Counted from the first letter of the whole stretch, positions 20,304 through 30,551 are shown. The stretch is 61,910 nt of DNA, filler included, from Pseudomonadota bacterium (GCA_043825735.1; 4 parts of 4 records of this genome joined end to end with filler, not necessarily neighbours in it), one strand, 5' to 3'. Notes: a model not told the origin generated them from the letters alone. Numbers and translations: made by a program.

Positions 20304-22517
20304 TTATTCAAACGACAGGAGATATGACCGCAGATTGGTTTTTTTGTTCTTGATATCAAGGCGTTCGCGCAAACGCTTGCGGTAGGTTTCCACGCTTTTG
20401 ATCGAAACACCCAACGTTTGTGCAATTTCTTTGCTCGTGGCACCGCTTTTTACCAGACTGGCCACCTGCATGAGGACTGGTGTGAGAGCACCGTTGAAGG
20501 CATTGAGTTTTCTGCCAAAAGGGCTGGAAATGTCGGCGACATGTTTTTCGATGAGGCTCACCAGGTTTTCCTGCCTCACGTTCAGACCGGTTGCCTTGAG
20601 TTTCGCGAGGTAGGGGGCGATCAGATCCCGGACATTGGCCTGCACCTGATTGCCCTGAGAAAGGATATCCGCTTCGCGTTTTTTGAGCAGCACCTCGAGC
20701 GCTGTGTTCACGTCTTTGAGTTCCTCGGCCTTGTTTTTAAGCGCCGCTTCGGCGATGCGCTGGGAAATCGCCACGGCCAGATGACCTGCAAACCGCTCGG
20801 CCAGGCGGATGAAATCCGCGTCGAGAACGCCTTCCTTGCGGTCATTGAACTGAATGAGACCGACGGTGACATTTCCCACACGCATGGGGATGAGCGCCAC
20901 AGACTCATACCCCTCGCCGTGGCAGCGGTTGCGTGTTCGGGCCTGGCGATCGGCTTCAGAGGTACTGGCGAGCAGCTTGCTGGTGCTGTTGGTCCAGAAA
21001 CTGCCGCTGTCGGTAAAAAATGGCAGCTTCGGATCGAACCTGCCCTGGAGCACATTGCCGCACATGCATTCCAGCGCGGGGTTTCCCGCGGCATCCAACA
21101 GCGGGGAGCCGTCCGTCGCAACAGCGCAGAGTCGGCTTTCGGCGGCCACAAATGCTTCTGAAAAACCCCGCGTCTGGTAATACGGGAAGTCGTCGCCCTG
21201 GCGGATCCGAATACCGATGGCCGCCACCCCGGTCAAGCCCGTCAGAAAACGGATAACTTCACCGATGAGGTCTTTTAGAGACGTGCCGGAATTGATCATC
21301 CGCAGCAGTTCCAGTTGCTGCGCCTGCTCATGGGACAGCCGCCGGGACTCGGTGATGTCGATGGCCTGCACGGCGACCGCAGTGCACGTGCCGCCGGCAT
21401 CGAACACCGGCGTGATGCTGTTGTCGAATACAATTCCCTGCCGGGTGTCGGTAAAACGGCTCGGCATCCCGGTGCGGATGACGTTATCAATTTGGGCCCT
21501 GTGCGATGCCGACACTTCCGGCGGCAGGATCGCAAAGATATTGGCGCCGATCAGGGCAGACCTGTCCCACCCCAGGCGCTGTGCCACCAGATCGTTGCAC
21601 TCCAGCACGGTGCCCTCGGCATCCAGCAGCGCGGCGCTGAGGTTGGCGGCGTTGATCAATGCCGCCATTTTCCGCCGGCTGTCCTCGAGGGCCTGCTGAG
21701 CTTCGACCCGTTCCGTGATGTCGATGGACACGCCGTTCCAGAGGATGTCACCGTTTTCCTGCTCCCTGGGTGCGGACCGGGCCAAAAACCAGCGGTGCGA
21801 TTCTGTGTGTGTAACGAGACGGTACACGAAGCGGAACTCGCTCAGGCTTTCCGCGGAAACAGCTATTGCTTTCCACATCCGCCCCCGGTCTTCCTGATCA
21901 ACGCCCCCTAAAAACAGCTCCGGATGCACCGCCAGTTCCTCCGACGGAATGCCGGAAAGCGCTTCGAAGAAATCCGAGACATAAGGCACTGAAATGCCGC
22001 CGTCCTGGTGAAGCACGAACTGGAAGACAATCCCGGGGATCTGGTTGGTAATCTGGCGAAACTGCGTTTCCTTTTGAATGAGGACTTCCTCGGCGTGCTT
22101 CATCTCGGTGATGTCCCGGGAATGGATGACGGCGCCCACGATATCACCGGCCTCTTCGGCATAAGGGCTGTAGGTGACATCCATGCAGCGCCGGCCTTCG
22201 TCATCGAAAGCAAACCAGGCCTGGTAGGAGACCTCTTCACCGCGGAAGCAGCGGTCCAGACGGTCCTTGGCCAGCGTGGTGAAGGCTTCCTGGCCCATGA
22301 CATCGGCGACGCTGCGGCCGACGATATCCTCACGGCGCCGGCCGGTGCGCCGCAGGTAGCCGTCGTTGATGATCCGGTAGATATAATCCGTTCCGACCAG
22401 CGCTATGGAATCCGGGGTTGCGGAAAGAATTCGTCGATACTGCGCGAGCGCTTTTTCGGCAGGATTCGGGTTGGATGCATCGATGCCGTTTTCGGGATGT
22501 TTAGGGGCCATGATCAT
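20304..22517 (-). CDS. PAS/GAF sensor with a C-terminal LuxR-type HTH
   Basis: Three PAS domains, a Cys-rich GAF (ECMCG, RNRC), and GATSKEIA...SVETYRKRLRERL. The start is uncertain (22517 or 22511). Confidence 0.88.
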   Translation of the reverse strand: MIMAPKHPENGIDASNPNPAEKALAQYRRILSATPDSIALVGTDYIYRIINDGYLRRTGRRREDIVGRSVADVMGQEAFTTLAKDRLDRCFRGEEVSYQAWFAFDDEGRRCMDVTYSPYAEEAGDIVGAVIHSRDITEMKHAEEVLIQKETQFRQITNQIPGIVFQFVLHQDGGISVPYVSDFFEALSGIPSEELAVHPELFLGGVDQEDRGRMWKAIAVSAESLSEFRFVYRLVTHTESHRWFLARSAPREQENGDILWNGVSIDITERVEAQQALEDSRRKMAALINAANLSAALLDAEGTVLECNDLVAQRLGWDRSALIGANIFAILPPEVSASHRAQIDNVIRTGMPSRFTDTRQGIVFDNSITPVFDAGGTCTAVAVQAIDITESRRLSHEQAQQLELLRMINSGTSLKDLIGEVIRFLTGLTGVAAIGIRIRQGDDFPYYQTRGFSEAFVAAESRLCAVATDGSPLLDAAGNPALECMCGNVLQGRFDPKLPFFTDSGSFWTNSTSKLLASTSEADRQARTRNRCHGEGYESVALIPMRVGNVTVGLIQFNDRKEGVLDADFIRLAERFAGHLAVAISQRIAEAALKNKAEELKDVNTALEVLLKKREADILSQGNQVQANVRDLIAPYLAKLKATGLNVRQENLVSLIEKHVADISSPFGRKLNAFNGALTPVLMQVASLVKSGATSKEIAQTLGVSIKSVETYRKRLRERLDIKNKKTNLRSYLLSFE

Positions 22518-22629
22518 TTCTCCACCGGCGTCTTTGACCCGGCGCCCGATTGCAGACGCCACACCTGTAATCTATCCCGGCTGTTGCGCCTTGTCGACGG
22601 GTGCGCCGCGTTGAAAACATCGGCGAGCG

Positions 22630-24069
22630 CTAAGGCCTCACCTGGGCCTGCCGGATGATGATGGTGGGATAGATGCCTGCCGAATGGCCTTCAGGGTAAG
22701 GCTGGATGGTATTGAACGAAATGTTCTGATTATTCTGGGCATGGCCTTTCTCATTGCTGCCGTTATAAAAGGCGCCGTTGGCAGCCAGTGTGTGCAGGAT
22801 GCGATTTCGGAGCTCGCCCACAAAAACGTTGCCCTTGCCTTCAAAGGACATGCGCCCTCTGGAAACCCCGCCCTCGATTTTCGACAATTCATCCAGGGGC
22901 ATGCTGTGGGTCTCAAGCTCGTCCGGATGGGTGATCAGGCCCCATACCAGATGACCGGGGGGTATGGTCATGGCCGTATCGATGTCGATGATGGTGTGGG
23001 GCAGAATAATATTCTCGCTGCTGATTGTCAGCGGGCTTCCCGGGCGGCCTTGCAGAAAGCTGTTGTACCCGACATAGGAATTGGATCCGAGCTGGACTTC
23101 GATGATCTTGGCACCGTGGGCCGCAACGTTATAGCCTTCCAGGTGCGAATTGATGACGTAGCAATTTTCCTGGACATTGGTGCCCTCTCCCAGCCAGGAA
23201 TTCTGGAGAAAGGCACGCTGGGCGACCAGGACATTTTCACCGATATAGGTCTTTGGTTTGATGACCGCAAATCGATCCAGGGACGCGGTGTCCGGAATGG
23301 GAACCGAAGGGACCACTTCAACTCTGTTGAAAAGGTTTTGGAAGGCTTCTTTGCGGTCTTCAATAAAGTTGATGAAAATTCCCAGAGGACGGTTTCCGGG
23401 GTCAAACTGGATGTAATCGCGCAGTTTTTCTTGAGGATACCGGTATATGAAATTGAATTTTCCCGGATCGCGTATCCAGATGGTGCCGGGCGCAATGTTG
23501 AAATGCCTGATTTCACCCGTCTGGATATATGAAAACGCACCGACCACGCAGTCATTCATGGTCGTTCTGTCCACCGTGGCAAAGGGGCCTAAGAAACTGC
23601 CGTCGATGGGGGCGCCGTGAATGTTGGCATAGTGGCTGGATACCGTATTGGTAATGCTGAATTTTTCCAGGGCTAACGGGTCACGGCTATGGCTGTGAAC
23701 CAGGGTCTTAATGAGAAAGCTGTTTTCAATTACAATGCTTTCATCTTTGCTGATGGGTATTTCGATTCCCTTGAACCAAAACATATCCCCCTTTTTCTTG
23801 AGTTCGTCGCCGCGGATATCGCTTTTGTACAGGATTGAATTGATGACGATGCATTTTCCCAGGAAATAGCTGCCGGCCAGGCTGCTGTGTCTAAACTCGT
23901 AATCGAAACCGTAGTGGGGCGTGATACCGTAAAAACCGTGGAAGTTGACCATCTGCTCTACCGGGATGAGCTTTTCAACAAAGGGCGTGACGTCATAACG
24001 CTGCTCTCTTAAATTGATGTTGACGCGCTGGGTGATCCGTTGGAGCAACTGTCCCAAGCCTGTGATCAT
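22630..24069 (-). CDS. Left-handed beta-helix (hexapeptide-repeat) transferase-like protein
   Basis: Hexapeptide-like runs (TYIGENVLVAQRAFLQNSWLGEGTNVQENCYV; VQLGSNSYVGYNSFL). Confidence 0.75.
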   Translation of the reverse strand: MITGLGQLLQRITQRVNINLREQRYDVTPFVEKLIPVEQMVNFHGFYGITPHYGFDYEFRHSSLAGSYFLGKCIVINSILYKSDIRGDELKKKGDMFWFKGIEIPISKDESIVIENSFLIKTLVHSHSRDPLALEKFSITNTVSSHYANIHGAPIDGSFLGPFATVDRTTMNDCVVGAFSYIQTGEIRHFNIAPGTIWIRDPGKFNFIYRYPQEKLRDYIQFDPGNRPLGIFINFIEDRKEAFQNLFNRVEVVPSVPIPDTASLDRFAVIKPKTYIGENVLVAQRAFLQNSWLGEGTNVQENCYVINSHLEGYNVAAHGAKIIEVQLGSNSYVGYNSFLQGRPGSPLTISSENIILPHTIIDIDTAMTIPPGHLVWGLITHPDELETHSMPLDELSKIEGGVSRGRMSFEGKGNVFVGELRNRILHTLAANGAFYNGSNEKGHAQNNQNISFNTIQPYPEGHSAGIYPTIIIRQAQVRP

Positions 24070-24157
24070 GGGGTCACCTTTGTTGAATCCGAAAAGTCTT
24101 AAATCCGTCATGCCGGACGCGATACGGGATCTTCAGCCTTCAGACCGACGCCGGCAT

Positions 24158-24586
24158 TCACCACCCTTTTTCGCCGATAATCTGCTTCATCTTTTCTTCC
24201 ATATTTTTTTCAACAATGACCATTTTGCGCGCGTGAGCTTTTTTGATAATGCCAGTCAATTTGTCCAGGTCAGCCGGTTTTTCGACGAAATCCATAGCGC
24301 CCAGTTTCATCGCTTCGATTCCTTTTTCAACCGTGGCATGCCCGGTGAGCAGAATCACCTGAAGATCGGGGTTTTTCTCTTTGATGGCCTTAAGGGTTTG
24401 CAGGCCGTCCATGCCCGGCATCATCAGGTCCAGGATAATGGCGTCGAAACCGCCCGTAGCCACCTGCTCAAGGGCTTTTTGGGCCGAGTCGGCCGTGGAG
24501 ACTTCCATTCCACGGGCTTCGATACGCTCGCTCATGACATCGAGAAAATCTTTTTCATCGTCTACCAGTAAGATTTTTTCCGACAC
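24158..24586 (-). CDS. Single-domain response regulator
   Basis: ILLVDDE, ILDLMMPG, LTGH and KP motifs; AGGAG RBS before a GTG start. Confidence 0.92.
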   Translation of the reverse strand: MSEKILLVDDEKDFLDVMSERIEARGMEVSTADSAQKALEQVATGGFDAIILDLMMPGMDGLQTLKAIKEKNPDLQVILLTGHATVEKGIEAMKLGAMDFVEKPADLDKLTGIIKKAHARKMVIVEKNMEEKMKQIIGEKGW

Positions 24587-25141
24587 GGTTTTTCTCCTTC
24601 CGCCAATCTCAGTATGTTTAAAGGTGCAAAAAGGTTATGCGCTTATGCAAACAGCGCCTGTAGGTCTTTTCCCAAACAGTGATATTGAGCGTTCAGCCGG
24701 ACGGCACTTTACGCTGTGCGCCCGCTTTCGCAAGACCAAATTCATATTTTTTGTGTATCATGTCAAGCCAGTATTATTTTTTCCGAAAAGCGGTGGCACG
24801 GGCCGGTGCACTGTTTATAGGCCGGCGCCTGCGAACGATCGGCATCGCTTTGGATGTGGGTTATGAAACGCGCAGCGCCGCAACGGTTTCTCCCGCCGGC
24901 ACCTGATCGATTAAGAATTTTTTGCGGTTTCATCCTTATCCAAATCTTAAGCAGCATTTCTGGACCCCAAAAAGCTCAAGTTATGCGATAGAAAGCTCTC
25001 CATCTTTTATCTAACATACTGATAACTATGCGTTATTCCACACCCCCCCCCTTAGGCCCTTCTTCCCGCTGTACTCTCAGCCTTACTGGCGGCTCGCAAA
25101 AAATCAAGGGCGTGACCATTTTGAAAAACTCGGCTATAAGG

Positions 25142-25267
25142 GTGAAATCCCAGCGACAACGTGACTTGACGAAAATCCACATCGCCGAAAAAGGGCTCGG
25201 CATGGATGAGCCCATCGACAGGGCCATGCTCTTGTCTATGGCCGGTGTGGAGGGCGTTACCGGCTGA
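25142..25267 (+). pseudogene. Fragment of a Mu-like GemA (gp16/DUF1018) regulatory gene
   Basis: RQRDLTKIHIAEKGLGMDEPIDRAML resembles the GemA N-terminus (KIHIAKKQLGMDD..YRAML), then the frame stops prematurely. Confidence 0.55.
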
Positions 25268-25411
25268 GGCAAAAAGCCTCTGGTCCGCCGCTCACGCAAT
25301 AGCCAAACCGTTGTTTACATTCGATCGGGTAGAAGGGCTGCCGCCGGACAATCTGCACCCCGGTGGTGGCACCGTGGGCTATTAGGTCAGGCGGGCTGGG
25401 AGACGAGTCGC

Positions 25412-25726
25412 ATGAAATTTTGGATGATCGTAAACATTGCCGAGTTGCTGGACGTTCCTGAAGGACACGATGCGTTTCACAGGATCTCGGCAGACCTTTT
25501 GCCCGAAAAACGGGCGCCGCGGATCCTCTACCGGGTTAAAGAAGAAGCGATCGATGAAATGCTTCGCCTGCAGCAGGAATACACCGATCAGTTATTCGTC
25601 CTGGTCGAATCGGTCGCCCGCTGCGAGCCTTACCTGATACCGCGAAAGATCTTTCAGGTGGTGGGGGTTTTAGCAGACACGCCTCAAAGACAAAAATCCA
25701 TTAAGACCGCGCGCTTGCCAAAGTAG
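25412..25726 (+). CDS. Hypothetical protein (104 aa)
   Basis: GGGAG upstream of the ATG and a protein-like composition. Confidence 0.6.
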   Translation: MKFWMIVNIAELLDVPEGHDAFHRISADLLPEKRAPRILYRVKEEAIDEMLRLQQEYTDQLFVLVESVARCEPYLIPRKIFQVVGVLADTPQRQKSIKTARLPK

Positions 25727-25781
25727 CCCCCTTCACGGATTTGCCTCGTTGTCCTGAAGGATAGTAGAGTCGGGGGCACCC

Positions 25782-26125
25782 ATTAAATATTAAGGGTCTT
25801 CTCCAATCTAGTTGGAGAAAAGGGTTCAAGGGTTCAAGGGTTGCGCCGATACGGCTTAACAGCGGCAAGGGGCCAAGTAACGGCATCGGGCGATATTCAG
25901 TACTTTTTCGGCCGGCAGCAGATCCGAGCGGCATATTCGCGGTGAGATCAAAACGCAGATACACTGCAGGAGCCCCTAAGGCTTTCGGTCCGCAGACGTA
26001 ATTGTCGGTTTTCTTAGTTGCTTTTCACTCGACCCCTCGACCCCTTGCCGCTGTTAAGCCGTATCGGCGCAACCCTCGGACCCTATTCATCGAACAACTC
26101 TTTGGGAGATTATCCAATATTTAAT
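25782..26125. repeat. Long inverted-repeat element
   Basis: Perfect 36-bp IR at 25837-25872 / 26041-26076, plus outer ATTAAATATT/AATATTTAAT arms. Confidence 0.8.
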
Positions 26126-26168
26126 ATGTGACCCCATTTTCCCATTTCAGTTTGCCGGTGTGTGTCCT

Positions 26169-26268
26169 NNNNNNNNNNNNNNNNNNNNNNNNNNNNNNNN
26201 NNNNNNNNNNNNTTAATTAATTAANNNNNNNNNNNNNNNNNNNNNNNNNNNNNNNNNNNNNNNNNNNN
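26169..26268. other. Artificial contig linker
   Basis: N-run containing TTAATTAATTAA (stop codons in all six frames). Confidence 0.98.
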
Positions 26269-26414
26269 ACCCCATCGTATATCGATCGGTGTTTTACAAT
26301 TGGGCCGCATCTTATTTTGTGATACAAAAGTACCTGTTATCGCACTACAACTCATTACGCAGCCGTTCTTGATACCGGCGCCGGCGCCTATCCAAAATTG
26401 AATATCATAGCCCC

Positions 26415-29159
26415 GTGACAAAAAAACACAACATCGAACCCATCATCCGCACCAAGTTGCATCGGCCGCCGGTTGCCAGCGACCATGTGCATCGCGGTGA
26501 GCTCCTGAACCGCCTTGCCCGGCAACAGCATCGGCCGCTGACCTTGGTTTCGGCACCCGCCGGCTATGGTAAGAGCACGTTGGTGAGCTGCTGGCTTACG
26601 GCCTGCGATGACCCCAGCACATGGGTGTCCCTTGACGAGCATGACAGCGATCTCAGGGGTTTTCTCTCCTATCTGATCGCCGCGATCCAAAGCGTCTTGC
26701 CCGGCGCCTGCGGTGAAATCATGCCCAAGCTCGGGTTCGAGCGATTGCCGGATGTCTCAGCCATGGCGATCAATCTGATCAACGAACTGGACCGGTTCGA
26801 AAAGCCGTTTATCCTGGTGCTGGACGACTATCACCGGATCCGGGACAAAAAGGTTCACGAACTGATTGCCGATCTCCTGCGCCACCCATCCGCCGTCATG
26901 CACCTGGTATTGATCGGCCGGCGCGATCCGCCGCTGCCGCTGGCTTCTCTGCGCGCCAAGGGGCAAATGCTCGAGATCCGGACCCGGGACCTGCGCTTTT
27001 CACTGGAGGAAACACTGATTTTCCTGCAGCAGACGACAGGTGCGCCGGTGGGCAGCGATGTCGCCGCCATTCTCGAGGAAAGAACCGAAGGATGGGTGAC
27101 CGGCCTGCGACTGGCCGCCTTGGCGATGATGGACAAAAAGGATGTCAAGCGCACGTTGGCCGACCTGCCGCTGGAAAACCGCCATGTCATGGAGTACGTC
27201 GTCTCCGAAATACTTTCCCTCCAGCCGCCGCCCGTGCAAACGTGTTTGCTGAAAAGCGCGGTGCTGAATCGCTTCAGCGCGCCCCTTTGCGATGCGGTTT
27301 TTCACCCGGATGAAGATTCGGGCGGCAATGACCTGAATGGTCACGGGTTCCTGGAACTGGCGGAAAAGGCCAACCTGTTTGTCATCCCCCTGGACGATGA
27401 GCGATTATGGTTTCGCTACCACCACCTGTTTCAATCGCTGCTGAAGCGCCAGCTTGAAAAACGGTTCGAAGCGGCGGAAATCGCCGATCTTCACAAACGG
27501 GCCGCGGCCTGGCTCGACGAAAACGGATACATCGAAGAGGCGCTCTCGCATGCCCATGAAAGCGGCGATGAAGCGGCCGCCGCGCGTCTGGTAAAACGCC
27601 ATCGCCACGAGATCATGAACCGTGAGCAGTGGTACCGGTTGAACCGCTGGCTGAAACGATTTTCCCCCGATTTGATCGAGAAAAATCTCGATCTGCTGAT
27701 GACCAAGGCATGGGTGGTCCAGCGGCAGGCCCGTTATTCCGAGCTCTTTGTCATTCTGGACGCGCTCGAACAGTTCATCTCCGCAAGCGATCAGGGATCC
27801 GCCGAGGACAGCATATACCGGGGGGAACTGCAGGTCCTGAAAAGCTTTCAACAGTACGCAGCCGCCCGGGGCGCGGCGGCCGCAAGCGCCGCCCGGGAGG
27901 CGTTGCGCATCCTTCCTGGCCGTTATCACAGTCTGCGCGGTTCCGCTCTTTTATTTCTGTCGGCGGCGCTTCAAATGCAGGGCGACCCGGAGCAGGCCCG
28001 GCAGGTGGTGCTGGACAGCCTGCGGCAGGAAGAGGGATCGATCCCTATTTACAAAACCATGCTGCTGGCCGCCCTTTGTTACGTGGACTGGATTTCCGCC
28101 GATCTGAACAGTCTGAAACAGACGGCGGCACAAATGCTCAAACACGGGCAGCAGCAGGATCTGCCGGAAACGATCGTCCTCGGTAATTTCTTTTCCGGCA
28201 TCCGCCATTATCAGCGCAACGAGTTGGACCTGGCCGAGCGGTTTCTGGCGTCGGTTGTCGGAACCCCGGGCGGCGGCGTAAACGTCATCCCGAGTGTCGT
28301 CACCCACTGCCAGAGCGCCTTTGCCCTGTCTTTGACTTTCCAGGCGATGGGGCGGGCCAAAGAAGCCGGCGACCTTCTGGAGTCGCTCACGGGCACCATG
28401 CTGGAAACCGGCAATGCCGACCTGCTGGAACTGTGCAAGGTGTTTCGGGCCGATCTGGCGCTGCGCCAGGGGAGGGTCGCCGAGGCGGATCTTTGGGCGC
28501 AGACGCACTCCCACCCGCCGCTCGCACCCGCATTCCGTTTTTATACCCCCCAGTTAATCCTGCCCAGGGTGCTCCTGGCCGGGCGAACGACAAAAGGCCT
28601 GCGTGAAGCGGACGCGCTGCTTTCCCGAATGATCGATTATTATACGGCGATCCACAGCACCCGCGTACTCATTCATGTTTTCATTTTGAAGGCGATGGTC
28701 CACGCCGCTCAGGGCGACGAATCGCAGGCATTCGAAAAATTGGCGGCCGCGCTGACCCTGGCCGAACCGGGCGGCTTCATTCGCCCGTTCCTGGATCAGG
28801 GATCGGAAATGGCCGAACTCCTGGGTCGTTTCATAAAGAAAAACCCCGCGCTGCAATATGCCGGGCAGATCTTCGAGGCCTTCGGCGGCGCCAAGACCGG
28901 ACTGTTCGGCCGTCGCGCGGATGATCGAAACAAGCCCGGCGCAACGATCCCTGAGCCGGGCCATATGGAACCGCTGAGCAACCGTGAAATCGAAGTGCTG
29001 AAAATGCTCGCCACGGGATTGAGCAACAATGAAATTGCCGAAGGCCTGTTCATTGCGCCCGACACCGTTAAAAAGCATCTTTCCACCATCTACCGCAAGC
29101 TGGACGTGAACAGCCGTCAAAAAGCGGTTGTCAAAGCCGGATCCATCGGGATTCTGTAG
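26415..29159 (+). CDS. MalT-like (LAL/STAND) ATP-dependent LuxR-family transcriptional regulator
   Basis: IRTKLHRP, Walker A APAGYGKS, LVLDDYH, TEGW, WFRYHHLF, a TPR-like region, and a C-terminal LuxR HTH (LSNREIEVL...TVKKHLSTIYRKL). Confidence 0.93.
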   Translation: MTKKHNIEPIIRTKLHRPPVASDHVHRGELLNRLARQQHRPLTLVSAPAGYGKSTLVSCWLTACDDPSTWVSLDEHDSDLRGFLSYLIAAIQSVLPGACGEIMPKLGFERLPDVSAMAINLINELDRFEKPFILVLDDYHRIRDKKVHELIADLLRHPSAVMHLVLIGRRDPPLPLASLRAKGQMLEIRTRDLRFSLEETLIFLQQTTGAPVGSDVAAILEERTEGWVTGLRLAALAMMDKKDVKRTLADLPLENRHVMEYVVSEILSLQPPPVQTCLLKSAVLNRFSAPLCDAVFHPDEDSGGNDLNGHGFLELAEKANLFVIPLDDERLWFRYHHLFQSLLKRQLEKRFEAAEIADLHKRAAAWLDENGYIEEALSHAHESGDEAAAARLVKRHRHEIMNREQWYRLNRWLKRFSPDLIEKNLDLLMTKAWVVQRQARYSELFVILDALEQFISASDQGSAEDSIYRGELQVLKSFQQYAAARGAAAASAAREALRILPGRYHSLRGSALLFLSAALQMQGDPEQARQVVLDSLRQEEGSIPIYKTMLLAALCYVDWISADLNSLKQTAAQMLKHGQQQDLPETIVLGNFFSGIRHYQRNELDLAERFLASVVGTPGGGVNVIPSVVTHCQSAFALSLTFQAMGRAKEAGDLLESLTGTMLETGNADLLELCKVFRADLALRQGRVAEADLWAQTHSHPPLAPAFRFYTPQLILPRVLLAGRTTKGLREADALLSRMIDYYTAIHSTRVLIHVFILKAMVHAAQGDESQAFEKLAAALTLAEPGGFIRPFLDQGSEMAELLGRFIKKNPALQYAGQIFEAFGGAKTGLFGRRADDRNKPGATIPEPGHMEPLSNREIEVLKMLATGLSNNEIAEGLFIAPDTVKKHLSTIYRKLDVNSRQKAVVKAGSIGIL

Positions 29160-29223
29160 CCTCCCGCCGTTCATCACCCCCTTTCTCTGAACCTGCCGAT
29201 CAGCAAGCCCGTCCTTAAGGGGA

Positions 29224-29256
29224 AATACCACTTTTTTACCACTTTCGGGTGATGAC
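29224..29256 (+). promoter_or_regulatory. Putative LuxR/NarL-type operator
   Basis: Direct repeat TACCACTT at 29226 and 29237 (11-bp period), followed by CGGGTGATGAC, upstream of the operon. Confidence 0.4.
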
Positions 29257-29337
29257 GCCGTCTGCCTGAAAGACTAATGGTCATTGAGAATCATTTCAGT
29301 GTGAGCATTTCATCCAAAACAGGAAGGAGCGGGAAAA

Positions 29338-29589
29338 ATGAGAAACAGACTATTTGCAGTCGTGGTGGCGCTTTTTGTTTTTACCCTCGTCTCTGCCTGC
29401 GGCGGCGGGTACTACCGTGTCAAAGACCCGGTCAGCGACAAAACGTACTACACCACCGATGTTGACGAGGAAAAGGGCGGCGCCATCAAATTGAAGGACG
29501 CCAATACCGGCAGCACGGTGACGCTCCAAAATTCGGAAGTGACCAAAATAAAAAAAGAAGAGTTCAAGGCCAACACCAAAAAAGAATAA
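29338..29589 (+). CDS. Small lipoprotein
   Basis: Signal peptide with a lipobox (LVSA-C) and an AGGAG RBS. Confidence 0.8.
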   Translation: MRNRLFAVVVALFVFTLVSACGGGYYRVKDPVSDKTYYTTDVDEEKGGAIKLKDANTGSTVTLQNSEVTKIKKEEFKANTKKE

Positions 29590-29606
29590 AATGAAAGGAC
29601 CACCCA

Positions 29607-30092
29607 ATGGGCACGAATGATCTGTTCGTCTACGCGGCGGTATATGAAGATGAGGCAAGCGCACTTTCCGATCTGGAGCTGTTTTTTGAGCTGGCGGTGG
29701 TCGGTGTCGTCGGCAAATTCGACACCGCCATATTGACCAAGGATGCGGACGGCAAAGTCCACGTTGAAAAGCATGGGACCGCCGCGGCGAGCGGCGCATG
29801 GAAAGGCCTTCTCGCCGGCGGGCTGGTTGGGCTTCTCTTTCCGCCGTCAATTCTGGTCGGCAGCCTTGTCGGCGGCGCTTCCGGGGCACTGGTCGGCAAG
29901 CTCTGGGGCGGAATGTCCCGTACCAACCTTAAGGAGATCGGTGAGACGCTCGACCAATACGAGACCGGGCTGGTGATTGTGGGCGAATCCACCATCGACG
30001 CATTGATCGAGAAGACACTGAAAAAGGCCAAAAAACGTGTTCGCAAGGAATTGGAGGCCACGTTGAAAGACATCGAGAAAGAGATGAAATAG
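29607..30092 (+). CDS. DUF1269-like membrane-associated protein
   Basis: D.AILTKDADGKVHV followed by a Gly-rich hydrophobic hairpin GAWKGLLAGGLVGLLFPP. Confidence 0.75.
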   Translation: MGTNDLFVYAAVYEDEASALSDLELFFELAVVGVVGKFDTAILTKDADGKVHVEKHGTAAASGAWKGLLAGGLVGLLFPPSILVGSLVGGASGALVGKLWGGMSRTNLKEIGETLDQYETGLVIVGESTIDALIEKTLKKAKKRVRKELEATLKDIEKEMK

Positions 30093-30140
30093 CGCCATCA
30101 ACAACAATGCAGTTCAATGCACAAGACATGGAGGAAGCAA

Positions 30141-30551
30141 ATGAAAAAGAATTCCTTGGTATTTATGATATCGCTGGTGTTTCTTCTGGCCGCCATCCCC
30201 GCCCTGGCGGATGACACCCTGATCCAGAGCATCACCGACGGATGCAACAAGGAACTCCATACCTATTGCAAGGATGTCACCCCGGGGCAGGGGCGCGGCC
30301 TGGCCTGTTTATACGCTCACGGCGACAAGCTGAGCAGCCGGTGTGAATATGCCCTGTACGATGCCGCCGCCCAACTGGAGCGGGCCGTGGCCGCGTTGGT
30401 ATACGTGGCCAATGAGTGTGGCGACGATCTGGACAAGTTCTGCCAGGATGTGCCCATCGGTGAAGGGCGGCTTTTGGACTGCCTTGACAAAAATGCAAAA
30501 AAGGTCAGCAAGCGCTGTAATGAAGCGATAAAGGAAGTCGGATTGAAATAG
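30141..30551 (+). CDS. Secreted cysteine-rich repeat protein
   Basis: Signal peptide and two C...C..V.(P/I)G.GR...CL......S.RC repeats; GGAGG RBS. Confidence 0.8.
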   Translation: MKKNSLVFMISLVFLLAAIPALADDTLIQSITDGCNKELHTYCKDVTPGQGRGLACLYAHGDKLSSRCEYALYDAAAQLERAVAALVYVANECGDDLDKFCQDVPIGEGRLLDCLDKNAKKVSKRCNEAIKEVGLK

